NCBI GenBank assembly: GCA_002726235.1
Contig: PBSN01000013.1
Coordinates: forward strand, 1-64,000
DNA from: Nitrospiraceae bacterium
GTDB taxonomy: Bacteria; Nitrospirota; Nitrospiria; Nitrospirales; UBA2166
Length of the DNA: 64,000 bases
Direction: 5' to 3'
Shown here piece by piece: positions 48,594 to 58,477 of this stretch; positions within the stretch are counted from its first letter, which is position 1; each line of letters starts with the position of its first letter. The notes beneath the pieces were generated by a model. That model searched no databases. It worked only from the letters and a program-made list of their open reading frames with translations, and was not told where the DNA came from. A program made the position numbers and the translations under genes.

Positions 48594-49178
48594 ATGTTTC
48601 AGGATCTTGCGCAATGGATGCTTGAGTGGGCAGGATCTCCTTACGCGGTCTGGGCGTTGTTTTTTATCGCGGTTGCCGAATCGTCTTTTTTTCCAATCCC
48701 TCCTGATATCCTCCTCATTGCATTAGTTTTGAACGACCCGGATAGGGGGATGTATTTGGCTACGGTGACAACGGCTGGATCAGTGATTGGTGGAGGCATC
48801 GGGTATTTTATTGGGTTTTGGGGAGGACGCCCGATTCTCAAGCGATTTGTTGCAGAGAACATCATCGGGCGAGTCCAGCGGCAATTTGATCGTTATGGAG
48901 GCTGGGCGGTTGGCATTGCGGGGTTTACCCCCATTCCGTACAAGATCTTTACTATTGCTTCTGGGGCGTTTGCATTGAAACTTTCCGTGTTTGTGGTGAT
49001 GTCCCTTGCGGGACGAGGCGGGCGTTTTTTTGCAGTTGCGGGGTCTATCAAGCTCTTTGGTGCACAGATGGTTGAGTTGATTGAGCGCTACTTTAACATT
49101 GGTTCACTTGTTCTGATTGTGGTGATCGCAGGAAGTGCTTTTCTCGTCCACCTCTTGCGGAAAGCGGAACCCGTGTAG
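48594..49178 (+). CDS. YqaA/DedA (VTT domain) membrane protein
   Basis: AESSFFPIPPD, GSVIGG, GFTPIPYKIFTI, RGGRFF. Confidence 0.9.
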   Translation: MFQDLAQWMLEWAGSPYAVWALFFIAVAESSFFPIPPDILLIALVLNDPDRGMYLATVTTAGSVIGGGIGYFIGFWGGRPILKRFVAENIIGRVQRQFDRYGGWAVGIAGFTPIPYKIFTIASGAFALKLSVFVVMSLAGRGGRFFAVAGSIKLFGAQMVELIERYFNIGSLVLIVVIAGSAFLVHLLRKAEPV

Positions 49179-49191
49179 ACGGGATCTTCCT

Positions 49192-50655
49192 ATGCTTACG
49201 ATTCATAATACCATGAGTGGAATGAAGGAAGCCTTTAAGCCACTGATTCCCGGTCAGGTTGGAATGTACGTGTGTGGCGTAACGGTGTATGACGACTGCC
49301 ACCTTGGGCACGCGAGAAGTGCCATCGTTTTCGATACCATCCGTCGCTATCTCCAATGGCGAGGATTTGTGGTCACCTACGTCAGAAATTTCACGGATGT
49401 GGATGATAAGATCATCGTGCGGGCAAATCAGGAATCACGGGATTGGACTGAGGTTGTGGCCCAATACATTGATGCGTTTGCGCGCGATATGGAAAGATTA
49501 TCCGTGACCGTTCCAGATCAGGAGCCGCGAGCGACGGAACATATGCCAGAAATTATTCATATGGTCGGCGGTTTGATTGATAAGGGTGTGGCATACGTGG
49601 TGGATGGGAATGTGTATTATCGCGTAGGAGGCTTTTCGGAGTACGGTTGCCTCTCACATCGAAAGCTCGCCGATATGCTTGCGGGTGCTCGTGTTGACAT
49701 TGATGAACGCAAACACCATCCAATGGATTTTGCGCTGTGGAAGACTTCGAAGGTGGGAGAGCCTGCGTGGGAAAGTCCGTGGGGCAGCGGTCGTCCTGGA
49801 TGGCATATCGAATGTTCAGCGATGTCAGTGGCCCATCTGGGGGAAACATTCGATATTCATGGAGGAGGAGAAGATCTGATTTTTCCCCATCACGAAAACG
49901 AGATCGCCCAATCTCAAGCATTCACTGGAAAGTCGTTTGCGCGTTATTGGATACACAATGGTTTTGTCACCATTCACGCGGAAAAAATGTCGAAGTCCCT
50001 TGGTAATACGTTCACCATCAGAGCATTGTTCGAGGCGTCTGGGTATGCGGAAGTCGTGACGGCTGAGGTGATCCGCTATTTCGTGCTCTCTGCGCATTAT
50101 CGCAGCCCCATCGATGTTCTCGATGACAGTTTTCAGGAAAGTAAGCGTGCGCTCAATAATGTGTACGATCTATTGCTCCGGCTTGACGAAGTCAGCACAA
50201 CGCATGGTGGGGCTGATGCAGACATCGCTGGCATTCTGACTCGGCTTCAATCGGGCTTTGAGGCGGCAATGGATGATGATTTCAACACGCCTGAAGCTAT
50301 AGGCGAACTTCAGCGTGTTCGCACAGAGATCAATGTATGTTTGGCGAAAGGCCTATCTGGGGAAACAGCGGCGCAGGTGCGAGACAGACTTCGGAGTATC
50401 GGACAGGTGTTGGGATTGTTCCAGATTCAAGTGCAGGACTGGGAATTTGGGGAAAAAGCCGCTTGGACGAGCAAGTTGGCCAATCGATCGACTCCTCAGC
50501 TGAGTGAAGTGGATATTGAGGAGATGATCGGTGAACGGCAGGCCGCTCGTTCGAACAAGGATTGGAAACGTTCAGACGAGATTCGGGACAATTTGGCAGT
50601 ACACGGTGTGATTCTTGAGGATCGTCCAGACGGCACATCGCGATGGAAGAGATGA
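49192..50655 (+). CDS. cysS: Cysteine--tRNA ligase
   Basis: YVCGVTVYD, HLGH, GRPGWHIECS, FPHHENE, KMSKS. Confidence 0.97.
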   Translation: MLTIHNTMSGMKEAFKPLIPGQVGMYVCGVTVYDDCHLGHARSAIVFDTIRRYLQWRGFVVTYVRNFTDVDDKIIVRANQESRDWTEVVAQYIDAFARDMERLSVTVPDQEPRATEHMPEIIHMVGGLIDKGVAYVVDGNVYYRVGGFSEYGCLSHRKLADMLAGARVDIDERKHHPMDFALWKTSKVGEPAWESPWGSGRPGWHIECSAMSVAHLGETFDIHGGGEDLIFPHHENEIAQSQAFTGKSFARYWIHNGFVTIHAEKMSKSLGNTFTIRALFEASGYAEVVTAEVIRYFVLSAHYRSPIDVLDDSFQESKRALNNVYDLLLRLDEVSTTHGGADADIAGILTRLQSGFEAAMDDDFNTPEAIGELQRVRTEINVCLAKGLSGETAAQVRDRLRSIGQVLGLFQIQVQDWEFGEKAAWTSKLANRSTPQLSEVDIEEMIGERQAARSNKDWKRSDEIRDNLAVHGVILEDRPDGTSRWKR

Positions 50656-50701
50656 GTCGAAAATTGGACACTAGTATCTGGAACCTGAGGCATGAGATGT
50701 A

Positions 50702-53548
50702 TTGCCTGAGATTTCAAAGAACGTCCACGAGTCCAGACCTCGGACTCCTGCTGAGGCTTTCATGAATCGGCACACTCAGGCAAATCAGAGTCAGATGGAC
50801 AGTGATGTACGTGCGTTACTCGCCGAGTTGCAGAAGGTCTCCAAAAGAAGTTGCGAAGAATGTATCCAGTCGCTTCCGGCAGCTCTCGAACGATGTGACA
50901 TTAAGGTTATCCGTCTATGGATTGATCTTGGAATTGAAATTGCTTCCAGCTCTGGGGCAACAGGGATACGCTATTTCAAAGAAAGCCTTGCATTTCTTAT
51001 CGCGCTTAAAAAAGCAGAACATCAAGAGCGTGTATTGACGGCAGCCATACAGATGATCAATGTTGATGACGATGCCAAAGGTGCGGGGGCATGTCTTGCG
51101 TTCGAGTGTGTGCGTAGGGGGGGCGTGGCTGTTGGTGTTCTTGCGGAAACGAGTCTTGATGAATGGATGGCGATCGGGATGGATATTGGGAAGTGGAATA
51201 CCCTTGCTGCCGTCGAGTACTTCCGAGAAAGTCCGGCCGTCTTGCAGGTTATTCCGTTCGATCATCTCAAGCGATGGGCTGAATGCGGGATCAAACTGGT
51301 CACCACGAATCAATTTGATAATTTTGATTACTTGTTGACGGTAGAGTTCTTTCGAATGACGTCACAGATTTTCAGTGCGATTCCAGAATTGGAGATGCGC
51401 TTACGGGTGCTGGACTATGGGAATCAGCTTGCTGATCAAAGTCCACATGTTGCAATGGCGTTCTTGAAACAGAGTCCGAATGCCGTGGCGGCAATTATCC
51501 AGGTTCCGGAGGGTTGCTCGGCTGATGAAGAAGTCAGCCTGCGAGAAGAAGGCAATGCACGGTTTGAACAGTGGGTTAGTGCTGGAATGCAGGCGCTCGA
51601 ATACAGCGTGGAAGCGGCACGAGCCTACTTCGCGTATGAAAGCCGTTGGGCATTGGTCTCCATTGAACGGGCCATGAGCGGCGTGTCTATTCAGACAATG
51701 CGTCGATCCTTGCGGTTGCTTGTGACCGGTCTGAGCGGGAAAGACATACGTATTGAAACTCATCGTGCTCATGCTACCGCGTCGACCTCATCCGCAATGA
51801 CGGAATGTCCGGTTGAGCAACCTAGGGTTGAGCGTCCCCCATGCCTTCAGGATACAGTGGACTCCATTGTGCTTCCATCGGTTCTCAATTCCTATCCACG
51901 AAAAAGTGACAATGCGCGCTTATATCGTGTGATGGCCGCACATAAGGCCGGACATTTCGAATTTGGGACGCATGAATTGCGCATCGACTCTCTACGCGAC
52001 CTTGTCGCGGACCTTCACTCTCGCTATGGCCAGAGTCATTGGCCTGCCTCGGTGTGGGAGGTCTTTGCATTGTACCCCTCCCCTGCGCTGGCTCAAGATT
52101 TGTGGATGATTGTCGAGGACGCGCGAGTCGATTCACGACTCGCGCGAGAATACCCTGGTCTTCGTCGTGACATGGATCGTGTCGTGAAAGAAGCGGTAAT
52201 CCAACGCCCGCTGTTCCAGTCAGGATCATTGCGTGACATGGTGGTTGAAGCCTTAATGCGTATGTCCGTCAATCAATCGACTGATGGGATTCCAGCGTCA
52301 TGCCAGGAAATTCTTGATCAAGCTCGCCCCATGTTTGCCGAGGTGCAGGATGTGCGTACGACATGCGAAGTCGCACTTCGAATGGCCGATCGCCTGTATA
52401 GGTTGCTCGATGTTCTGAGTCCCATGGACTCGTCTTTGTCTGAGACGGCGAGTTTAGTACCAGACTCCCAAGGCTCACAGCCAGACGAGGGTGATCACAC
52501 TCAGCAGGGGAATGGATTCGCCTATCACCAGGTCACCAATTTGGCCCATCGTGGTGTTGCACAGTCCGTTCCCAATGAGGGGGTCGAATTTCTGGATCGC
52601 CAAATCCTCGAGGTTGATGCTTTCCAAGATGAGGAGACTTCAGACTCTCAGCGGGTGTTTCATTATGATGAGTGGGATGCGACGCTTGGCGATTATCGGT
52701 CTCGTTGGTGCAGAGTTGTTGAAGACGTAGGGGAAGCGAAAGCCGGAGGTGAGGCCTTCGTGGCGCGAACGTTGGCGGATCATCAATGGACAATTCAGCG
52801 GCTTCGTAAATATTTCGAAGGCATTCGACCGAGTGCACTCCGGTGGGTAAAGAACCAGCTCGACGGCGAAAATGTCGATATGGATGCAGCAATTGATTGG
52901 CTTGCAGAGCGACGGGCACATCGGGCTCCATCGGATCGCGTATTCATGAATCGCGAAATGCGTGTGAGGAACGTGTCTGCGGCTGTGCTGATGGATATGA
53001 GTGGTTCGACAAACCGACTGTTAGATCCCAATGGAAAACGCGTCATCGAGGTCGAAAAAGAAGCGCTGATTCTTCTATGCGAAGCTTTGGAGGCGCTTGG
53101 AGATCGCTACGCGATCTATGGGTTCTCTGGCCGATCTCGCCACGATGTCCGGTTCACCATTCTGAAAGAATTTGATCATGTCTACGATAGTAGATGCAAA
53201 CAACGAATTGGCGCGATTGAGCCGGTACATCAGAACCGAGATGGGGTTGCCATACGCCATGCGGTGGCAAAGCTGCGTCATGAGCGTGCAAAGGTCAAAC
53301 TTCTTTTACTGTTGAGTGACGGGAGGCCGCTGGATGACCAGTATGAACGCGATTATGCGCTTGAGGACACACGAATGGCGTTGCTCGAGGCCAAACGATT
53401 AGGGATTCATCCGTTTTGTGTGACGATTGATCGTGAAGCACCCACCTATCTGAGTCGGATGTGTGGTGAAGTTGGGTTTATGGTGGTTGATCAAGTCGGC
53501 CGTCTGCCGGATTGCCTGCCGCACATTTACCGGCGTTTGACAACATGA
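50702..53548 (+). CDS. NorD/CbbO-like VWA domain protein with long helical N-terminal region
   Basis: YDEWD...DY, DMSGST MIDAS, EKEAL, NRDGVAIRH, LSDGRPLD, PFCVTID; start uncertain (alternative 50762). Confidence 0.88.
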   Translation: MPEISKNVHESRPRTPAEAFMNRHTQANQSQMDSDVRALLAELQKVSKRSCEECIQSLPAALERCDIKVIRLWIDLGIEIASSSGATGIRYFKESLAFLIALKKAEHQERVLTAAIQMINVDDDAKGAGACLAFECVRRGGVAVGVLAETSLDEWMAIGMDIGKWNTLAAVEYFRESPAVLQVIPFDHLKRWAECGIKLVTTNQFDNFDYLLTVEFFRMTSQIFSAIPELEMRLRVLDYGNQLADQSPHVAMAFLKQSPNAVAAIIQVPEGCSADEEVSLREEGNARFEQWVSAGMQALEYSVEAARAYFAYESRWALVSIERAMSGVSIQTMRRSLRLLVTGLSGKDIRIETHRAHATASTSSAMTECPVEQPRVERPPCLQDTVDSIVLPSVLNSYPRKSDNARLYRVMAAHKAGHFEFGTHELRIDSLRDLVADLHSRYGQSHWPASVWEVFALYPSPALAQDLWMIVEDARVDSRLAREYPGLRRDMDRVVKEAVIQRPLFQSGSLRDMVVEALMRMSVNQSTDGIPASCQEILDQARPMFAEVQDVRTTCEVALRMADRLYRLLDVLSPMDSSLSETASLVPDSQGSQPDEGDHTQQGNGFAYHQVTNLAHRGVAQSVPNEGVEFLDRQILEVDAFQDEETSDSQRVFHYDEWDATLGDYRSRWCRVVEDVGEAKAGGEAFVARTLADHQWTIQRLRKYFEGIRPSALRWVKNQLDGENVDMDAAIDWLAERRAHRAPSDRVFMNREMRVRNVSAAVLMDMSGSTNRLLDPNGKRVIEVEKEALILLCEALEALGDRYAIYGFSGRSRHDVRFTILKEFDHVYDSRCKQRIGAIEPVHQNRDGVAIRHAVAKLRHERAKVKLLLLLSDGRPLDDQYERDYALEDTRMALLEAKRLGIHPFCVTIDREAPTYLSRMCGEVGFMVVDQVGRLPDCLPHIYRRLTT

Positions 53549-53907
53549 GCACTGGCGATGCCAATGTGCCGGACTGGCTCTACCGCCTCTTCACCGGGGG
53601 ATCCTATCCCTATCTTAGGAGGCAGGCAAAATTTCGTTTCAAGCGCGATCCTACTCCTGATGTACTGCGAGAACTATTTGTCGATACATTTCCCCGCTGC
53701 ACTATGAAAGTGTTGATCGAGGAAAAACAGGGCATGATCGTGCAGTTTCGTGAGCTTAAAACGTATGAGCCGGGGCAGTATATGTCCTTAGTCTGGACTC
53801 CGGTAGACGTTCTTCGTACTACATATGGACGAGGAAAATACAAGTTGAATTTCTACGAGGGTGAAAATTTTATCTGTACTACTAATGTCAAAGTTGATCT
53901 TGACTGA
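53545..53907 (+). CDS. Hypothetical protein
   Basis: 120 aa; ATGA overlap with the VWA gene stop. Confidence 0.7.
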   Translation: MSTGDANVPDWLYRLFTGGSYPYLRRQAKFRFKRDPTPDVLRELFVDTFPRCTMKVLIEEKQGMIVQFRELKTYEPGQYMSLVWTPVDVLRTTYGRGKYKLNFYEGENFICTTNVKVDLD

Positions 53908-53919
53908 GGAGAAGAATGC

Positions 53920-54858
53920 ATGGGACGTGAGAAGATTACCGTAATCGGTGCGGGCAATGTTGGCGGTACGGCTGCGCAACGACTGGCGGAGAAGGATTGT
54001 TACGATGTTGTGTTGCTCGACATTATCCCTGGCCTTCCGAAAGGCAAGGCGCTGGATTTGGCGCAATCAGCTCCAATCTGTGGCTACACCGGTGAAATTA
54101 TCGGTACCAGTGATTATAAGGATACGGCGGATTCCTCGATGGTGGTGGTGACATCTGGGGTGCCGCGAAAGCCTGGAATGGCTAGGGATGGGCTGTTGGA
54201 AACCAATGTTCGGATTGTCAAAAGTGTTGTCGAGCAGGTGGTAGAATACTCACCGAATACCATTCTCGTGATCGTTTCGAATCCCTTAGATGCTATGACC
54301 TATGTCGCGTACAAAGTAAGCGGGTTTCCCAAGGAACGTGTGCTTGGAATGGCCGGTGTTCTTGATTCAGCGAGGTTTCGTGCCGGGATTGCCAAGGAGC
54401 GCGGTGTCTCGGTGCAGGAGGTTCATACCATGGTGCTTGGTGGGCATGGCGATTCTATGGTTCCGCTGATTGGGAGCACTACTATCGCTGGGATTCCAAT
54501 CCGAGAGGTTATGTCGGAGAAAGCATTACATGATCTTGTTGAGCGAACGCGGCATGGGGGGGCGGAAATTGTTCGCTTGCTCGAAAAGGGAAGCGCCTTT
54601 TACGCACCATCTGCGGCAGTCGTTGAAATGGTAGAGGCGGTTATGAAAGACAAGCGTAGCATTCTCCCGTGTGCAACCCTCTGTAGTGGTGAATATGGAA
54701 TCTACGATGTGTTTGTTGGGGTTCCGGTCAAACTTGGTCGACGTGGGGCAGAGCAGATCGTTGAAATGACACTGACGCCGGACGAACAAGCAGCGTTGGC
54801 GAAGTCGACGGCAGACGTTACGGAACTTTGTGTGCAGATAGATGGGATGTTACAGTGA
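53920..54858 (+). CDS. mdh: Malate dehydrogenase (LDH-like)
   Basis: IGAGNVG, GKALD, PRKPGMARD, SNPLD, GVLDSARF, LGGHGD, GSAFYAP. Confidence 0.95.
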   Translation: MGREKITVIGAGNVGGTAAQRLAEKDCYDVVLLDIIPGLPKGKALDLAQSAPICGYTGEIIGTSDYKDTADSSMVVVTSGVPRKPGMARDGLLETNVRIVKSVVEQVVEYSPNTILVIVSNPLDAMTYVAYKVSGFPKERVLGMAGVLDSARFRAGIAKERGVSVQEVHTMVLGGHGDSMVPLIGSTTIAGIPIREVMSEKALHDLVERTRHGGAEIVRLLEKGSAFYAPSAAVVEMVEAVMKDKRSILPCATLCSGEYGIYDVFVGVPVKLGRRGAEQIVEMTLTPDEQAALAKSTADVTELCVQIDGMLQ

Positions 54859-54874
54859 TGACGGAGATTCAGGC

Positions 54875-54970
54875 ATGTTTAACGATACCGCTTTTTGGCT
54901 ATTGCTTATTGCCGCGATAGCATCTGTTATCTTTGCCCGCATGACCTACGTTGGTCTGAAATGGGGGTGA
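54875..54970 (+). CDS. 31-aa single-TM peptide MFNDTAFWLLLIAAIASVIFARMTYVGLKWG (not in ORF track)
   Basis: GGAG RBS, 16 nt after the mdh stop, hydrophobic helix. Confidence 0.55.
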   Translation: MFNDTAFWLLLIAAIASVIFARMTYVGLKWG

Positions 54971-55121
54971 GTTCTCCCTTCACCTCCTCCCAACGTCCCT
55001 GCATTGGATGGGCTTCGTTTGCAGTGAGGGGATGACTCCTCCCGGAAATGATGTCTCCCTCCTGGACTGCGGAACGCAATCAGGTGCGGATAATCCCTGC
55101 GTCATGAGTAGGCATTCGAGT

Positions 55122-55808
55122 TTATCCAGGCAGTCTCAGCATTCCAGTCTCAGGAGCATCGTCGAAGGTGTCCAAAATCTCCTCACCTTCGGTGGAGTCG
55201 GTCGTGCTCGTGGATCTTTTGAAGGTTCTCCAAGCGCTTCCTGAGAATACCTGGCGATTAAACGGATCAACCTGAGCAAACACGATGCCGTCGCCGTCAT
55301 TGACCAAAAAACCGCGCCAGACCCTTTGCCCTCGGCCAATATTCCCGTTGATGTTGAGGTCAAGGCGTAGACAGTTCGTCTGACTGCACACGTCATCGTC
55401 AATATCCTCGATTAAGAAGTCTCCGTCGATCTCGAGTCTTTCGAGTGATTGCGTTTCACAGTTCATAAAGAGAAAAAATCCTCTGGGGATTTCTCGTGTC
55501 TGACCGTTAGCCTCGAACCAGCCGATCATCGACGCCGGACATGTCACGAGGGATGTTTCAGCAGCCATTGCACTGACGTGATAGATTCCATCGAAACTGG
55601 TGATGCCGGGACCTCCGGATGTGCTTCCCTCGTTCGTCCTGCGGTCGTCAACTTGTGCGGTCGAAGCAATAGCGCTGCCTGCTACTGCGGAACCGATAAC
55701 AGCGACGGCTGCCGGATCCACTCCACATCCGAGCAGGGTGAAAAACCCGAGATATCCCACGCACATAATGCGCTGAATCAGTTTCTGCACTTTGACACTC
55801 CTTATCAT
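55122..55808 (-). CDS. Hypothetical lipoprotein
   Basis: LLGC lipobox after a hydrophobic stretch; co-oriented after cysE; start uncertain. Confidence 0.55.
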   Translation of the reverse strand: MIRSVKVQKLIQRIMCVGYLGFFTLLGCGVDPAAVAVIGSAVAGSAIASTAQVDDRRTNEGSTSGGPGITSFDGIYHVSAMAAETSLVTCPASMIGWFEANGQTREIPRGFFLFMNCETQSLERLEIDGDFLIEDIDDDVCSQTNCLRLDLNINGNIGRGQRVWRGFLVNDGDGIVFAQVDPFNRQVFSGSAWRTFKRSTSTTDSTEGEEILDTFDDAPETGMLRLPG

Positions 55809-55845
55809 GCGTTGCCCGCTGGGGGCAGGTGAAAGATGATGTGCC

Positions 55846-56493
55846 CTAGGGCTCATGGTGGTCCGGTATCCCAAGCTTGCTCCGAAGCGCGCGCAGTTCT
55901 GCCTCCAAGACCTCGAAGCGCTCAGTCACCGGATCGGGAATATTGATGTGGTCCATTGCTACCTCGGGAAGGCGTTCGCCCTTCACCCGGATTATTCGTG
56001 CGGGCACTCCGATAACTGTTGAGTGGGGAGGGACCGATTTAAGGACTACCGAGTTTGCCCCAATGGTGACGTTGTCTCCGATGGTCATCCCACCCAGAAT
56101 CTTCGCCCCAGCGCCGACAACCACGTGGGAACCTAACGTCGGATGTCGTTTGCCGCGTTCTTTGCCTGTTCCCCCAAGGGTGACACCTTGAAAGAGCGTG
56201 ACGTTATTTCCGATGACGGTCGTCTCTCCGATCACGACCCCTGCGCCATGATCGATAAAAAAATTACTACCTATTGCGGCCGCTGGATGAATCTCGATCC
56301 CAGTCACCATTCGGCCAATGTGGCTTAAGATGCGAGGAAGAAGGGGAACGCGGTGGTTCAGAAGCCAGTGTGCAACGCGGTGCATGAGGATAGCGTGCAA
56401 CCCCGAATAGGTTAGCAACACTTCCAAGGTGCTGACCGCTGCAGGGTCCCGCTGGAACACGGTTTGGAAATCTTGGCGAATGGTGCGAAACAT
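55846..56493 (-). CDS. cysE: Serine O-acetyltransferase
   Basis: [36 protein letters not shown]...RHPT. Confidence 0.96.
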   Translation of the reverse strand: MFRTIRQDFQTVFQRDPAAVSTLEVLLTYSGLHAILMHRVAHWLLNHRVPLLPRILSHIGRMVTGIEIHPAAAIGSNFFIDHGAGVVIGETTVIGNNVTLFQGVTLGGTGKERGKRHPTLGSHVVVGAGAKILGGMTIGDNVTIGANSVVLKSVPPHSTVIGVPARIIRVKGERLPEVAMDHINIPDPVTERFEVLEAELRALRSKLGIPDHHEP

Positions 56494-56494
56494 G

Positions 56495-56995
56495 CTAAGG
56501 CGTGGCAGGGGACGATGGCACTGCTGCGAGGAGGCAGACCGCATGAGCGGCAATGGCCTCTTCTCTCCCGATCCCGTCAATCCCCTCTCCTGATTTGACT
56601 TTCACGTTAACACGCTGCTGATCAACGCCTAAAACGGCAGCAAGCCGAGCTTTGATTGCGGGCAGATGCGGGCCCAAGCGGGGGGCCTGAGCGACAATCA
56701 CGGTATCGACGTTGAGCAGAGAATATCCCTTCGTCGTGACGAGTTTCTGGACATCTTCAAGCAAAACCACGCTCGCGATATTTTTGAACGACGGATCATT
56801 GCTTGGAAAGCGTGATCCGATATCACCTTCTCCCAACGCGCCAAGTAGTGCATCGCAGACTGCATGGATTAGTGCATCGGCATCGGAGTGGCCGGCAAGA
56901 CCCTTGTGGTGAGGAATCTCGATGCCTCCTAGAATAAGCCGACGGTTTTTTGCCAGGGGGTGAATGTCATACCCGAGTCCGACGCGCATAGTCAT
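56495..56995 (-). CDS. ispF: 2-C-methyl-D-erythritol 2,4-cyclodiphosphate synthase
   Basis: [30 protein letters not shown]. Confidence 0.96.
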   Translation of the reverse strand: MTMRVGLGYDIHPLAKNRRLILGGIEIPHHKGLAGHSDADALIHAVCDALLGALGEGDIGSRFPSNDPSFKNIASVVLLEDVQKLVTTKGYSLLNVDTVIVAQAPRLGPHLPAIKARLAAVLGVDQQRVNVKVKSGEGIDGIGREEAIAAHAVCLLAAVPSSPATP

Positions 56996-57717
56996 GGTGT
57001 TACCGCAGTCTGTTTGGTCTCGCGCCAATGCAGGAAACTTTCCGCGAAAGCCAGGTCTTGCGGGGTCGTAATCTTCATGTTGTCACTGGAACCCTCATGC
57101 ACCTTCACCTTATAGCCGAGGCGCTCGACCAGCGCCGCTTCATCAGTCATCTGAATATGGTTGGTGCGCGCATGATCGAGTGCGTTCACTAGGACATCGT
57201 ATCGAAATGCCTGAGGTGTTTGTGCCGTCCACAGCCCCTTTCGATCGATCGTCTCCCTGATCATCCCATCTTCGGATACGCGTTTGGTTGTATCCTGCAC
57301 TTTCATCGCAACGATAGCGCCGTCGACCTCGGTTGCTGCCTGGATGCAGTGCTCAAACATCTTCGGTGTCGCAAATGGGCGTACGCCATCGTGGATTACC
57401 ACTATATCAGTTCCGGGGGACACGTTTGCGAGACCCTGCGAAACCGAATCTTGGCGAGTTGGCCCTCCGGTCAGAACGTGTGCGACTTTGGTGAGGCCGT
57501 AGCTATCTACGATTGTCTCACGCCACTCGCGTTCGGCTCCTGCAGGAACCACCACAATGACTTCTCGTATAGCGGGGATAGCCTGAATCGTCCGAAGCGT
57601 GTGCACGATGAGAGGATATGCTCCTAGGGGTAAAAACTGCTTTGGCAGTTGATGTCCCATTCTGATGCCTCGCCCCGCGGCCGGAATAAGTGCGGTAACG
57701 TTAACTGGGGGAATCAT
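56992..57717 (-). CDS. ispD: 2-C-methyl-D-erythritol 4-phosphate cytidylyltransferase
   Basis: IPAAGRG.RM, PKQF, RQDSV, IHDGVRP, AQTPQAF, TDEA, KITTPQDL. Confidence 0.96.
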   Translation of the reverse strand: MIPPVNVTALIPAAGRGIRMGHQLPKQFLPLGAYPLIVHTLRTIQAIPAIREVIVVVPAGAEREWRETIVDSYGLTKVAHVLTGGPTRQDSVSQGLANVSPGTDIVVIHDGVRPFATPKMFEHCIQAATEVDGAIVAMKVQDTTKRVSEDGMIRETIDRKGLWTAQTPQAFRYDVLVNALDHARTNHIQMTDEAALVERLGYKVKVHEGSSDNMKITTPQDLAFAESFLHWRETKQTAVTP

Positions 57718-57906
57718 CTATTATACACCCTCATTCATTCTGTGTATTTTCTGTGCACTTCGTTCGCTCTCGCGCCGACCCATCATAATACGCTTTGAAT
57801 GCGAGCGGCGCAATTTCCTTTCCTTCCAAAGAGCCGAAAGTAAAGGGGTTTTTCGCTAGGATGTGGCGCCGTGGGGTGGGTTGCTCCTCGGTACGGAAAA
57901 AGTTTC

Positions 57907-57934
57907 TTGACAAGTTTTCCGAAAGTGGTATAAA
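57907..57934 (+). promoter_or_regulatory. Sigma70 promoter facing the peroxidase-Rieske-molybdoenzyme operon
   Basis: TTGACA-16 nt-TATAAA with extended -10 TG. Confidence 0.6.
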
Positions 57935-58375
57935 GGCGGTTCGCAGCCCTATGGGGGGGTCTGCATTGCGGGCTGGGAAATCAGTTTCCAGCGGTTTGCA
58001 AGTGAGCAGTTGTGCTCAAAATGGGAGAGGGGCTACGATCGTTCCTAGTGCTTGGCGCGTGCGCTCGGGTCAAATTTTGTTGTGCGAGATTGTTTGTTGG
58101 CCAGAGTGTGAGATCTCTTACATCGCTAAGACAGGCGGGCGTTTTATCGTGTCGGTTCGCGTGTAATGACATTATGTACGGTCCTTGCGATTCAGATAGT
58201 GTGAATTTTTGCAGATAGTATGAATTTTTGTATTCACTGGCAGCCAATGAAGCTAACTGCGTATGATCCCGAAAGGAGGTGCCGCAACAGGTGTTGGCCT
58301 GGCATGGTAGGGGCGAGCCAATACAATGCTCGGAAGGCGTATGATATGACAGCAGGAAAAGAGAGTGCAGGCATG

Positions 58376-58422
58376 ATAGGGGAGAGGGTTTGAATGAGAC
58401 GCTCTCCCCTATTGTTTTTGTT
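58376..58422 (+). terminator. Intrinsic terminator inside the operon leader
   Basis: ATAGGGGAGAG...CTCTCCCCTAT 11-bp stem followed by TGTTTTTGTT, ending 55 nt before the ATG at 58478. Confidence 0.75.
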
Positions 58423-58477
58423 ACGGATCAGGTTTCAGTTTTAATCAACGTTCTTTCAATCAAGAGGGGGTGTATGT

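Noticed and set aside
58200..58420. Known riboswitch (Moco, cobalamin, c-di-GMP) in the leader
   Set aside because: Only short fragments such as GAAAGG resemble consensus; no full architecture could be matched by eye.
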